A stretch of DNA of 30,292 bases from a virus (taxonomy: Duplodnaviria > Caudoviricetes): IMG/VR virus record IMGVR_UViG_3300011339_000732, positions 1 to 30,292 of that record; one strand, given 5' to 3'. The stretch's first letter is position 1; the number at the start of each line of letters is the position of its first letter. The translations under genes were made by a program, and so were the position numbers. This document shows, piece by piece, positions 16,901 to 24,254 of this stretch. Below the pieces are notes generated by a model, which did not search any database, had not been told where the DNA came from, and saw only the letters and a list, made by a program, of their open reading frames with translations.

Positions 16901-19900
16901 AGGTCTTGAAGGCGGGCGTGCCGACGGCGGGCATCTGGGGCCCGCCCTGTCGCCAGTTCGGTATGTCCAGCTGGAAAAGAGCGCCCGTGCCCGGGATTTC
17001 GGTGAAGTAGTCCTCGGGCCTAGTGTCGTATTGCGTTATGCCCACGGCCACGTCGATGTGGCCGTCCTGGTAGATCACCCCTTTGTGAGTGAGGACGCTG
17101 TGCTGGTTGTACCTGTCGCCCAGTTCACGGGCCTGCTTCTCGTTGATACCGACGACGGTGAAGCCCGGCTCGATCTGGCCGTAGCGGCCGACCGAAGGTT
17201 GGAAGTCATAGCCAGCAGCTTCGAGGTCTGCGGCCAGCCGGGCCATCGCCGCTTCGTTTTCCTCTGCGGAGACCTCGTTGCCCTGCGGGTTGGCCGCCGT
17301 GAGGATGGCCCAGTCGTCCTTCTCCAGCAGCGAGCCGAGGTTCGCCGGGGAGAAGTAGGCGTCTACGGTGCGGGGGAGGGGGCCTTGGTTGAAGACTTGA
17401 AGCCCTGGATCAGACTGTTCAGCGGTATCTTCCCAGTCGCTGTCCAGATCGGGTCCGAGGAGTTCAGCATCGATGGGACGTCCGTCAACGACACGCTGCG
17501 CTGCTTCTTCATAACTCACATCCGCTGTTTGCCGCGCCCCGAGTTCTCCGTACAGGCGCTTCTCATAGTACCACAACACGGCCTGAATGTCAGCCACGCT
17601 GATATCGACGCCCCGGCGCTTCAGGCTCTTGCGGGCCAGGGCCACGGCCTCGAGCATGAAGCTGCGGTCGCCCGCGTTGAAGGGCTGGTCTTCCAGGTTT
17701 ACGAAGGCGGCCTTGAACAGGGTGTTGGCGGCGCGCTCGATCTTGTGCTCGAGGAGCAAAGCGTCGAAGCGGTCCCCGGCGCGCTCGCGCGCAGTGGCCA
17801 TCCACGCGGCTTTCTCGGCGGCCTTGCTGGGCTCGGATTTACCGACCAGGACGGCCAGTTGCGTCTTGAACTTGCGGGCCTCGAGCGCCCTTTGCGGGGC
17901 GAGGATGGCGACGAGCACTTCGTCGTTGGACAGGTCGGGCTGGTCGATCAGTTTCTTGAAGCCGTCGAGACCGGGCTGGCCAGCGCGGGTCAAGATGGTG
18001 CCGCGGTAGCGGTTGAAGGTCCGCGACCACCAGCGGTCCATCGTCAAGTAGCCGTCGGCACCCATCAGGTTGGCGTAGAAGGCCCCCAGTTTGGGGCCGA
18101 AAAGCACCGCGGCCATCGGCAGTTTGACGTCGGACTTGTAGCTGGACGAGAACGCCAGGCCGCTTTCTTTGGCCTTTTTCTTCAGCTCCGACACCGTCAT
18201 CTCGCCGAGCAAAAACTCGCGCATGGCGGCCGGGCCGAGCGTGTCGTGCATCTCCTGTATCTTGGCCAGGTTGTTGTCTACGCTGGCTTGGCGCTGCGTG
18301 CCTTGGTCGGCGACGAACTGGCCGTTGGCCTTCATCGCGCGGTAGATGCCCACAGCCTGTTGGAAGTTGGGGATGACCTTCTGGCCGTCCGACGTGATGG
18401 CGATCAGGGCGGTGAAGGTGTCGCGAGCGTCCTGGTCCGTGGCCAGCTCGGGGAACTCTTTGGCGAAAATGTCGAGCGCAGCCTGGAACTTGTACGAGTA
18501 CCAGCCGACCCCGGATTGCTCCGGGTTCTGCATCTCGAACATGACCTCCTCAGCCATCCAGCCCGCGATCTTCTTCGCGGCTTCGGGGCTCTGGTCGTCC
18601 CTGTCGATCTTACCCCACTTGGCCCGCTGCCGGGCTTCGAGCGCGGCGGCGACCTGTCGGGTGCTGTAGCGTTTGTTCGGGTCCAGCCCGAACTTCTTCA
18701 GGGTCTCGCGTCCGCCGCGCACCGTGGCGGTCTGGGCGTAGCTCGAGCCGAACAGCTCGGAGAGGGCCTGCTCGCGGAAGTCTTCTGCGGGGCGGGTCGG
18801 GATGTTCTCTTCAGGGTCGGTGCTCGCGGCGAGCCGCGCCAGGCGGTCCTGCTGCGCCAGCTCTCGCATGCGCGCATCTAGTCGCTGCGCGTCCTGCACG
18901 GTGCGGACAGGCCCCTCCTGCTCCATGCCGATAGCATCGAACACGGCCACAGCGCCGGGGATCATGGCGTCGCTGCGGTAGCCGCTGAAGCCCGCCGCCT
19001 GGATCGCCTTCTCGTAGGCGGTCGCGATTTCCATCGGCGTGCCCTCGGTGGGCTTCAGGCCCTGCGGGTCAGCGTCGAAGTCATAGAGCTTGGAGGCGGG
19101 GATGCGGGCTTTGTAGCGGAACGGCCGACTTCGGATGCCCGTCTGCGGCTCCCCTTGATAAACACCTTGCACCCCGAAATAGGTCCGGCCCGGCGCGCCC
19201 GCGTTGCGGCGCTCGCGCTCGCTGTTCTGCGTCGCGCGTGAGGCCCCCCACTGCGTGGGGTCTGAGGTCATAACCCCGGCCGTGCTGCTGTAGTGGATCA
19301 GGGCGACGCTCTCTTCCTGGGCGAGCGTGTTGTCCTGGTTCGTGCCGGGCAACTCTGCGTCAAAGTCCAGGCGGATAAGCTCTGCCATCTGCTCTGCCGA
19401 CATACCGCGGCGAGCGCCCAGGGTGGAGTAGAAGTTGGCGACGATCATCCCGTAGCGTTGGTTGACGTCGGAGGTGAAGCGGCCGGTGGCGTTGAGCTTC
19501 GCCGCGATCTGACCGGCGACGACATCGCGCGAGGCCATAGCCGCCTCGGTCTCTGCAGACCGCTCGAAGGCCTTGTCGAAGTCCTGTTGGATGGTGGCGT
19601 CGAGGTTGGCCAGCTGCTCCTTGGCGTCGGCCCGGCTCATCCCCAGGGGGTCCGTGCGCAGGTGGTCGAGGAGGGCGGCGTTGGCCTGCGTGCCTGCGAC
19701 GTGGGCGGTGTATTCGCCGACCGTCATGCGGATGTCGGAAGCACCAGAGCGGATTTGCTCGGCGACGTGGGGGACGGCGGCGGCGAGAGCGTCGAGGTCG
19801 AGGTCAGTCTCGTTGGCCGACTGGAAGAGGGTCTCGGTGGCGATGTAGATGTCGGTCACGTCGCCATCTTCGGCGGCCATGTCGACGAACTGCTGGAAGG

Positions 19901-21068
19901 TCTGCGCTTCACGGGCGTTGAGCTTGGAGGCAGCGGCCAGGACGCCGAGCTGCTCGACCATGCGGGCTCCGCTCTCGGCCCTTTGGCTTTGTGCCTCGGC
20001 GCTCGCGCCGCGGTTGGCCAGGGCTCCGATGGCGGCGTTCGCGCCACCCATCAGCAAGCTCTGCGTGACCGTAGCGATGGCGGTCTGCGCAAGGGCGTCG
20101 GGCCGTTCTGCCCAGTATTCCGACCAGGTCTTGTCGGGGTTGGCGATAGCCGTGTCGATGGCGTCCTGGGCCATCGTGGCCGCCAGTTCGCCGGGGACTT
20201 CTCGGGCGAGCACGCCACCCACGAAGGCGAGGGCCCCCTTCTTCCCGAAGTTTTTGACAAGGAAGCCCATCGGGATCATTTCAGTGAGGACTTCGACGGC
20301 GGCTTCGCCACCGGCACCTACCGTGGCTTCGGCGGCATCCCCTCCGCGCTCGCGGTATTTGGCGTAGGCTTCGCCCTCGGTCTGTATCCCCGTGGCGACG
20401 AGGGACGGTGTGGGGTTGCGCAGAAGGATGGAGAGGGCCAGGCCCGGGGCGGCGCGTGCCGTGCTCTCGAGGCCCCCGTACACGCCGCGGGCGAGGTCGT
20501 TTTCGATCTCGGGGCGAGCGAGGGCCATCTGCCCCTGCGCCTGCCGGGTGCGCCAGTCGTACTGGTCGCGTCCATACTGGTCCGTCGCGGGGGCGTCGAT
20601 AATGCCCGCACCCACGAGGTAGTCGTTAAGCTGCCGTTGCAGGCCCGTCCGGCTCAGGGCGAAGCCCTCGGTGAAAGACGTGCCGATACCACGCATCCAG
20701 CCGAGGATGTTGTTGTCGCCCTGTGCCGGTTGCATCGGGCCCGAAAATGCGTTGGGCCCGTACTCCCGCATGTTCCGCTCGATGCGGGCCAGGGTCTCGA
20801 CGTCGTCGTGGGCGACGGCGGCGTTGGTAGGATCGGACAGGAAGTTGGTCGTGCGGGGGGCCGTGACCGGCAGCGCGTGCCAGTTCTGGTTCGGGATCGG
20901 GAGACCCTGATCGCGAGCCGCCCGCAGCGTCTGCACCGACACGCCACGCTCGGCGGCGGCGGCCCGGTCTTGGGCCAGTTGGTCGGGGTTCTGCGGCACG
21001 CCCGTGCGCAGCGCCTCCATCAGCCTGCGGCGGGTGGCTTCAACCTCGTCGACGTCTTGCATAGTCAT
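10992..21068 (-). CDS. Giant internal virion/DNA-ejection protein; large polyvalent protein (LPD22-like N-terminus, 2 ART-like, HhH-GPD-like, SAM-lyase-like, HExxH peptidase domains)
   Basis: 3358 aa in the T7 gp16-equivalent position (after gp13/14/15-like genes, before the fibre). Motifs: 'NPDQLA..FLSDPTNAAVAHDDVETLARIE' (LPD22-like), 'LIHYS..RTYFG', 'FGPKLGAFYANLMG..LTMDRWWSR', 'AILTAANP..GRYGQIE..YNQHSVL', 'FKTWFGNS..PLVVYHGT..PVYLSIQNP..PTQIKS', 'LFIEELQSDWHQ', 'STFLHETGHFF..HERFARGFEAYL'. Confidence 0.85.
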   Translation of the reverse strand: MTMQDVDEVEATRRRLMEALRTGVPQNPDQLAQDRAAAAERGVSVQTLRAARDQGLPIPNQNWHALPVTAPRTTNFLSDPTNAAVAHDDVETLARIERNMREYGPNAFSGPMQPAQGDNNILGWMRGIGTSFTEGFALSRTGLQRQLNDYLVGAGIIDAPATDQYGRDQYDWRTRQAQGQMALARPEIENDLARGVYGGLESTARAAPGLALSILLRNPTPSLVATGIQTEGEAYAKYRERGGDAAEATVGAGGEAAVEVLTEMIPMGFLVKNFGKKGALAFVGGVLAREVPGELAATMAQDAIDTAIANPDKTWSEYWAERPDALAQTAIATVTQSLLMGGANAAIGALANRGASAEAQSQRAESGARMVEQLGVLAAASKLNAREAQTFQQFVDMAAEDGDVTDIYIATETLFQSANETDLDLDALAAAVPHVAEQIRSGASDIRMTVGEYTAHVAGTQANAALLDHLRTDPLGMSRADAKEQLANLDATIQQDFDKAFERSAETEAAMASRDVVAGQIAAKLNATGRFTSDVNQRYGMIVANFYSTLGARRGMSAEQMAELIRLDFDAELPGTNQDNTLAQEESVALIHYSSTAGVMTSDPTQWGASRATQNSERERRNAGAPGRTYFGVQGVYQGEPQTGIRSRPFRYKARIPASKLYDFDADPQGLKPTEGTPMEIATAYEKAIQAAGFSGYRSDAMIPGAVAVFDAIGMEQEGPVRTVQDAQRLDARMRELAQQDRLARLAASTDPEENIPTRPAEDFREQALSELFGSSYAQTATVRGGRETLKKFGLDPNKRYSTRQVAAALEARQRAKWGKIDRDDQSPEAAKKIAGWMAEEVMFEMQNPEQSGVGWYSYKFQAALDIFAKEFPELATDQDARDTFTALIAITSDGQKVIPNFQQAVGIYRAMKANGQFVADQGTQRQASVDNNLAKIQEMHDTLGPAAMREFLLGEMTVSELKKKAKESGLAFSSSYKSDVKLPMAAVLFGPKLGAFYANLMGADGYLTMDRWWSRTFNRYRGTILTRAGQPGLDGFKKLIDQPDLSNDEVLVAILAPQRALEARKFKTQLAVLVGKSEPSKAAEKAAWMATARERAGDRFDALLLEHKIERAANTLFKAAFVNLEDQPFNAGDRSFMLEAVALARKSLKRRGVDISVADIQAVLWYYEKRLYGELGARQTADVSYEEAAQRVVDGRPIDAELLGPDLDSDWEDTAEQSDPGLQVFNQGPLPRTVDAYFSPANLGSLLEKDDWAILTAANPQGNEVSAEENEAAMARLAADLEAAGYDFQPSVGRYGQIEPGFTVVGINEKQARELGDRYNQHSVLTHKGVIYQDGHIDVAVGITQYDTRPEDYFTEIPGTGALFQLDIPNWRQGGPQMPAVGTPAFKTWFGNSAVKNEAGDPLVVYHGTPYDFNSFRGDGVLNLFTPNAEHASFFARGAGSTMPVYLSIQNPLEITQQQLEDRLTEEQADDGMLPRDLLEEIVAEAVAAGNDGVIVRDFADLEYTEDLFIPVQPTQIKSTLNRGFFDPQGPNILYQADPFYSALQRAVEQSPLTKAPAAQWKATLAKTAGVKKEEIEWSGINDYLDEITTNGPWAQAPGPEVRMRVPDSYTDDKGNITREAVLGFLRAGGVQLEETVLGGRAQVAEQIVFDEAQGGYALAMFDGTILPGPVFDTREEAEQEAEQDNDTQFITYKLPGADDTYHEILLSLPNIEGPSTHWDKQNVVAHARITGREDAAGKRVLFIEELQSDWHQKGRDQGYQAPYDPVEEAAAREAVSASSAALTEARRPFVAATQAALAQSIAETEDAIRQAEEAGMSESLRDNLREGVNILKDAATNLDSSVSIEAGRGIDRGSDSTLIAENLYRRSQRGDLMMRRDDALKAAYDAMLAAGLAHNENSQRLQNARSPAGIADAPWKKSWDALLMKRMIRYAVDNGFEQIAWINGNQQNGGQTGGDGSFFYERNLVNTTNDIVKKFGTKVGPVDMRDQASQNARDRATGEQVRREVLEGEQLLGDEDRIARAQERLDSYLAENEAQLNRPSNALGIQNGFTITPELRDAAMSGFAMFQQNRGQIAFGRDISQTPSVISLLKTADLSTFLHETGHFFLEATLHLANMPDADAVSVADANILMRWFAPDMTLEKWAGMTLEEKTPYHERFARGFEAYLLEGKAPSTEMRSLFRTFSSWLKSVYKSLTDLNVELTDDVRGVMDRMLASEAEIEDAHQVWALSALYDQKPEGMTEDEWARLQALGRDATEEAVEQLERRSVRDLKWASGAKSRALRQLQDEAEELRKAVRAEVTAEVMAEPVNRARNFLRRGLGEDGEPVEGAAKLDLETLKALYGEEGTWTKLRRGGKYGEVGTDGLHPDIVAGMFGYPSGQALIEDLVNGEIASEKIKGLTDQRMLERHGDLSDPQSVDKAANEAVANEARVKFVAAEEAYAAKAVGKKSLLAEAAKAIADRVVARLTLKNLKPAQYISAQIRASRAARKAAAKGDGVGVATAKRTQLINLHTGRAVSAARKEVEKDLRLFARIVTSKDATLARSRNMDLVNAARAILAKYGVGRVKNDVAGYIKAVQTYDPELYADLASVFGDLVNPERPLNELTYGEYVAVRDAVRQLWQQSRQSKVIEIDGQQRTIESVVGELNAQMDEVQPNADVAAPETTPSKEDRRGHEILGVRAMLRRVESWARGVDVRVQGPFIRYIWNPISEASDRYRRDSAAYMRRLNELMETVRDEMKPRDIAAPELGFVFKSKAVLYHAMLHTGNLSNKTKLLLGWKWGKKNEDGTLDDTQWQAFMDRMHREGVITERDWAFVQSVWDLLEETKPGAQRAHHAMYGRYFNEITADPVVTPFGTLRGGYVPALTESYFVQDAMLRQGEDGLESNSASQMFPSTGNGFTKGREENYTQPLSLELGLLPAHLDKVVKFTHLGPAVRQAMRLLKNRKLAARLKAFDPTAQTDLLLPWLQRAAKQTVEAQGIGNGGKWVDKTARYLRGTVGMQLMFANVINTAQQLVGGPFAAAVRVKPSRLGQALWRFMRNPSEVTTAATNLSTALAVRMDNQIMETRQNINEIIDLDPNALGSARRWAIRHGYFMQSAVQNIMDPIIWTAAFDQATSEGQSTADAVRFADSVLRETQGSWNPEDVSRLETGSPFVRMFTQFGGWANMLANLNATETQIVARGVGVGKGKGRLFYVYLMGFAAQALVGQAIADLMRGGWDDDEEDGYLDEALNWFFSSQLKLGLSSIPIAGPLANVALGGFTEARFDDRLSVSPVLSVVEGGLLAPASVYDSVVNGEKFNRADVRNVLTLLGLVSGLPLLPLAKPLGYAADVANGDVEPTGPLDAARGAITGAPSPGSKTQ

Positions 21069-21071
21069 GTG

Positions 21072-23264
21072 CTACCGCACCCCGTTGACGGTGTATAGGA
21101 GATGGTTTTCATAGATTTGGTTTTCGGTCGGGTTGTTGTTCCCGTATCCGCGCAGGCGTGTCCGCGCCGCCTGCACGCTGTCCGAGTTCATTTCGTCGTA
21201 GCCGACGCCCACGACATTGGTAGGTCTGCCGCCGAAGAGGCCCCCGGGCCGCTCCCACGTCAAGGCTTGCACGCGCGCCGTTACCAAAGCGCGGACCTCT
21301 GGCTCGGTAAGCTGGGAGCCCTTCGTGATCTGCGCTTGCAGGACGGCCGAGCGCAGCGACGAGATGAACATGGCCCGCTCTTGCCTGTCTCCGTCGGGCA
21401 GGTCAGTTCGGTCGACGCCTCGCAGGTCGAGGGTGTCGTTGACTGCTTGCCCGAATATTTGGGCGGGCACGACCCGGGCGCTCTGCGCTTGCTCGCGAAC
21501 CTGGTTGCCTGCTGCCGTGGCGGCGCGGGTCAGTTGGGAGGCGTATTGAATGCGGTCGCTGGCCGACAGGCGGGCCCCGTACTGAGCCATGAACTCTTCG
21601 TGCGTCATGTCGAGCCACGAGAGGTTTGACGCCAGGGCCAGCTCCAGGTCTGGGTCAGTCCGCACCACCGGAGGGGCCGTGACCGCCTCGAAATAGTTGC
21701 GCACCGTCTGCAGGACGCCCGGCTTCAGGCGCGAGATAACCGACGCCCCCGGCATAGCCTTGTTGGTCTCGATGAACTGGTAGGCCTCAGTCAGCGCGGT
21801 CTCGAAACCCTCGGCTTCGGCCTGGTTGAACTCGGTGTAGCGGCGACGGACTTCGGCTTCCGTCTGCCGAACCAACGACGGTGGTGCGCCCGGCCCAAGC
21901 TCGGCCCGGGCGGCGGCGACGGCCTGGGTGACCGTCATGGTCGGCGCGCGGCTGGAGCCCGCTGGCGTCTGGCCGAGGGCTTCCATCTCGACCTTGTCGG
22001 CCCGGGCGAGCCAGGCGTCCAAGAACTGGGCGCTCGAACCGTCGGGGTCATTAGCGGCAGTGGCGCGGTAGCGGGCCCGCCGCAGATCGGCGAACTTGGC
22101 CACGTCCCCGTCGGCCTGTGCCAGCATCTCCCGAGCGGCACCCCTGCCTTGGTTAACGGCGGCGTCCATCGCGATGTGCGCAAGGCCCGCGGGCAGATCG
22201 TCCCCTCCGATGTAGTCCCAATAGTCCCGGCGATAGATGGCGTCGGCTTCTTCGCGGGTGACGTCGCCGTCGGCCCAGGCTTCAGGGTGCGAGCGTTCCG
22301 TGATGCCGTAGCGAGCCCGTCCCGCACCGTTGTCTTCCGCCACCAAGGCCGAGCCTTCAGACGCCCACACGGAAGCCATCGACTGTTCGTAGTTGGACGC
22401 GCCGCCGGGGGCGGCGACCACGTTCCCCAGTTGAGGGGCAAACATGTCGGCGACCGTGTTGGCGGTGCGCGCCTCGCGCGCAGGCACCAACACCGTGCGC
22501 GCCTCGTCCCTTTGCTGGGCCGTCATGCTGTCTTCGTTGGCCGTAAAGAAGGTTTCGGCCGCGACGACGTCTTCATCGGCTAGGTCTTTGACGACGACGA
22601 GAAGGGCTCCACCGACGTTGTTGCGCTCGGCGATGGCGGCGGCGGCCTCGGGCAGGCCCAAGTCCCGGGAGCGAGCGGCGGTCAGCAAACGCAGCTGCGC
22701 GATGCTGTCGGCGACCACGTCGGGGTTGTCCCAGTTAATGCGGATCGCTTCGGACCAGGTGGCGACACCGCTTTCGTAGACCTGCCCTTTGTAGACGCCG
22801 CCCTGCGCGGCGAAGTGTGTGTCCAGCGCGCCGCGGTAGCGTGTCGTCAGGGGCTGAACCCGGGCGGCGTAGCGTTCGCGCTGCACCTGCGTCAGGTTCA
22901 TTTCGTTGGCGATCTCGCCCACCCGCTGCTCGAAGCGCGGTGCGTAGACGTCCGTGACCGGCTGTCTGTTCTCGCCCACTTCCAGAGCGTTGAGACCTTG
23001 GAGCTGGCCCCACTCGGCCTGGCCTGCTTGCGCCGCGACCTGCGCTTGGTTCAGGGCGTCGTTGACGCGGGCCTCGTTGACCTCCTCTGCCTCTTTCGTC
23101 CAGATGTCGGCGGCCAGCTTACCGGCCTGCGACACGGCCTGGCCCGTCTGCTGCAGTTGGCGCGAAGCGAAGTCCGCCCCCCGCGAAGCGTCGGGGGCGG
23201 CGAGGCTGCCTTGGGCCTGGCCCGGGGCGACGCGACGCGTGTCGTCAATGCGCAGGTTGGCCAT
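21072..23264 (-). CDS. Internal virion protein (gp15-position) with GH108-like lysozyme and PG-binding module
   Basis: Helical Ala/Gln-rich protein with an inserted 'SEGSALVAEDNGAGRARYGIT..EADAIYRRDYW..DDLPAGLAHIAMDAAVNQGRGAAREML..RRARY..FLDAWLAR' (about 21990-22390). Confidence 0.8.
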   Translation of the reverse strand: MANLRIDDTRRVAPGQAQGSLAAPDASRGADFASRQLQQTGQAVSQAGKLAADIWTKEAEEVNEARVNDALNQAQVAAQAGQAEWGQLQGLNALEVGENRQPVTDVYAPRFEQRVGEIANEMNLTQVQRERYAARVQPLTTRYRGALDTHFAAQGGVYKGQVYESGVATWSEAIRINWDNPDVVADSIAQLRLLTAARSRDLGLPEAAAAIAERNNVGGALLVVVKDLADEDVVAAETFFTANEDSMTAQQRDEARTVLVPAREARTANTVADMFAPQLGNVVAAPGGASNYEQSMASVWASEGSALVAEDNGAGRARYGITERSHPEAWADGDVTREEADAIYRRDYWDYIGGDDLPAGLAHIAMDAAVNQGRGAAREMLAQADGDVAKFADLRRARYRATAANDPDGSSAQFLDAWLARADKVEMEALGQTPAGSSRAPTMTVTQAVAAARAELGPGAPPSLVRQTEAEVRRRYTEFNQAEAEGFETALTEAYQFIETNKAMPGASVISRLKPGVLQTVRNYFEAVTAPPVVRTDPDLELALASNLSWLDMTHEEFMAQYGARLSASDRIQYASQLTRAATAAGNQVREQAQSARVVPAQIFGQAVNDTLDLRGVDRTDLPDGDRQERAMFISSLRSAVLQAQITKGSQLTEPEVRALVTARVQALTWERPGGLFGGRPTNVVGVGYDEMNSDSVQAARTRLRGYGNNNPTENQIYENHLLYTVNGVR

Positions 23265-23779
23265 CAGCCGCCCGCCTTCTTCATACCGTAGTAGCTGGAG
23301 GCCATGCTCGTGGCGCTGCCCAGAAGGCTGGTCGCCGCCACGCCCATTGGGTTGATGCCGCGGGCGTTGGCCCTGGCGGCGACGCCCTCGTTGCGCTTGT
23401 TGGTGGCGTCTGTGCGGTGGCCGAAGGCCTCTCGCACGGCGTTGACCCGCGCCTGCCGCGCGTCTTCGGCGGTGACCAGGTCGGTGCCGTTCATGATGGC
23501 TTGGGCGGTGGTGCTGCCGAGGGCGATGCCGCTCGCCCCCATCTCTGCGCGCTGCGTGCCCTTCTGCCGGGCACCGCCGCGCTCGATCTCTTGTGCCTGA
23601 TAGGCTCCCTGCTCGAGGGAAATCTGCGCGCGGCGCTCTGCCAGCTGCGCGTTCATGTCGGCCATCTGGGCCTGGAAACCGAGCGCGCTCTTCTGAGACT
23701 TGGCCGAGCCATAGGCACCAACGGCCGAGGTCGCCGCGCCCGTCGCCTGCATGGCCATAATCGCCATCGGGTTACACAA
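23264..23779 (-). CDS. Small internal virion protein (T7 gp14-like position)
   Basis: Probable TTG start at 23779 gives MCNPMAIMAMQATGAATSAVGAYG, the typical 'MC.P' start with hydrophobic Gly/Ala segments; also 'QRAEMGASGI'. Confidence 0.75.
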   Translation of the reverse strand: MCNPMAIMAMQATGAATSAVGAYGSAKSQKSALGFQAQMADMNAQLAERRAQISLEQGAYQAQEIERGGARQKGTQRAEMGASGIALGSTTAQAIMNGTDLVTAEDARQARVNAVREAFGHRTDATNKRNEGVAARANARGINPMGVAATSLLGSATSMASSYYGMKKAGG

Positions 23780-24254
23780 GGGGGCCTCGCATCTCAAAGC
23801 GGTGGAAGGGGAGGCCTTCGTCACCGAAGGGTTGGGCTTCGCCGATCCTGAACCCCAGTCTCTTCAGCCAGGAAATGCTCGTCGTGTTACGAGCATCGAC
23901 GTGGTTGAACAGAAGGGGGTATTCGGCCAGCACGGCAGCACAGTACGAGCGGGAAAGCCGGTTTAACATACGGGGCGCGCGGCCGAGGCCTGGGGTTCCG
24001 ACCAGCCACGGGTAGGCGGTGTCCGACAGGGCGGCCGCAGGCACGAAACCGAACAGCGCGACGATCTCGCCTTGGTGCTCCGCGACAAAGGACATCGGGC
24101 CCAGCCTGCCCCGCGACATCTCGACCGCCTCGCGCAGCTGGCCGAGCACGTCGGGCCCCGAGGCGGCGACCAGCTCGTCGCGGTCGGAGCCTCGCAGGTT
24201 CGGCTCGATGGTGTCAGCGTCCTCGATCTGGGCGAAGCGCACCTCAACCGGCAA
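23772..24254 (-). CDS. T7 gp13-like GNAT-fold protein (internal virion protein A/DUF2833-like)
   Basis: 'LRGSDRDEL...PWLVGT...LFNHVDARNTTSISWLKRLGF' fits the GNAT motif N..S..WL..LGF; syntenic after the nozzle gene. Confidence 0.8.
   Translation of the reverse strand: MPVEVRFAQIEDADTIEPNLRGSDRDELVAASGPDVLGQLREAVEMSRGRLGPMSFVAEHQGEIVALFGFVPAAALSDTAYPWLVGTPGLGRAPRMLNRLSRSYCAAVLAEYPLLFNHVDARNTTSISWLKRLGFRIGEAQPFGDEGLPFHRFEMRGPLV

Noticed and set aside
11802-21098. Very long + strand ORFs (11802..14567, 15810..18881, 19293..21098) opposite the giant gene
   Set aside because: Antisense shadow ORFs expected from high-GC3 codon bias; no recognisable motifs, and the - strand frame has clear domain signatures.
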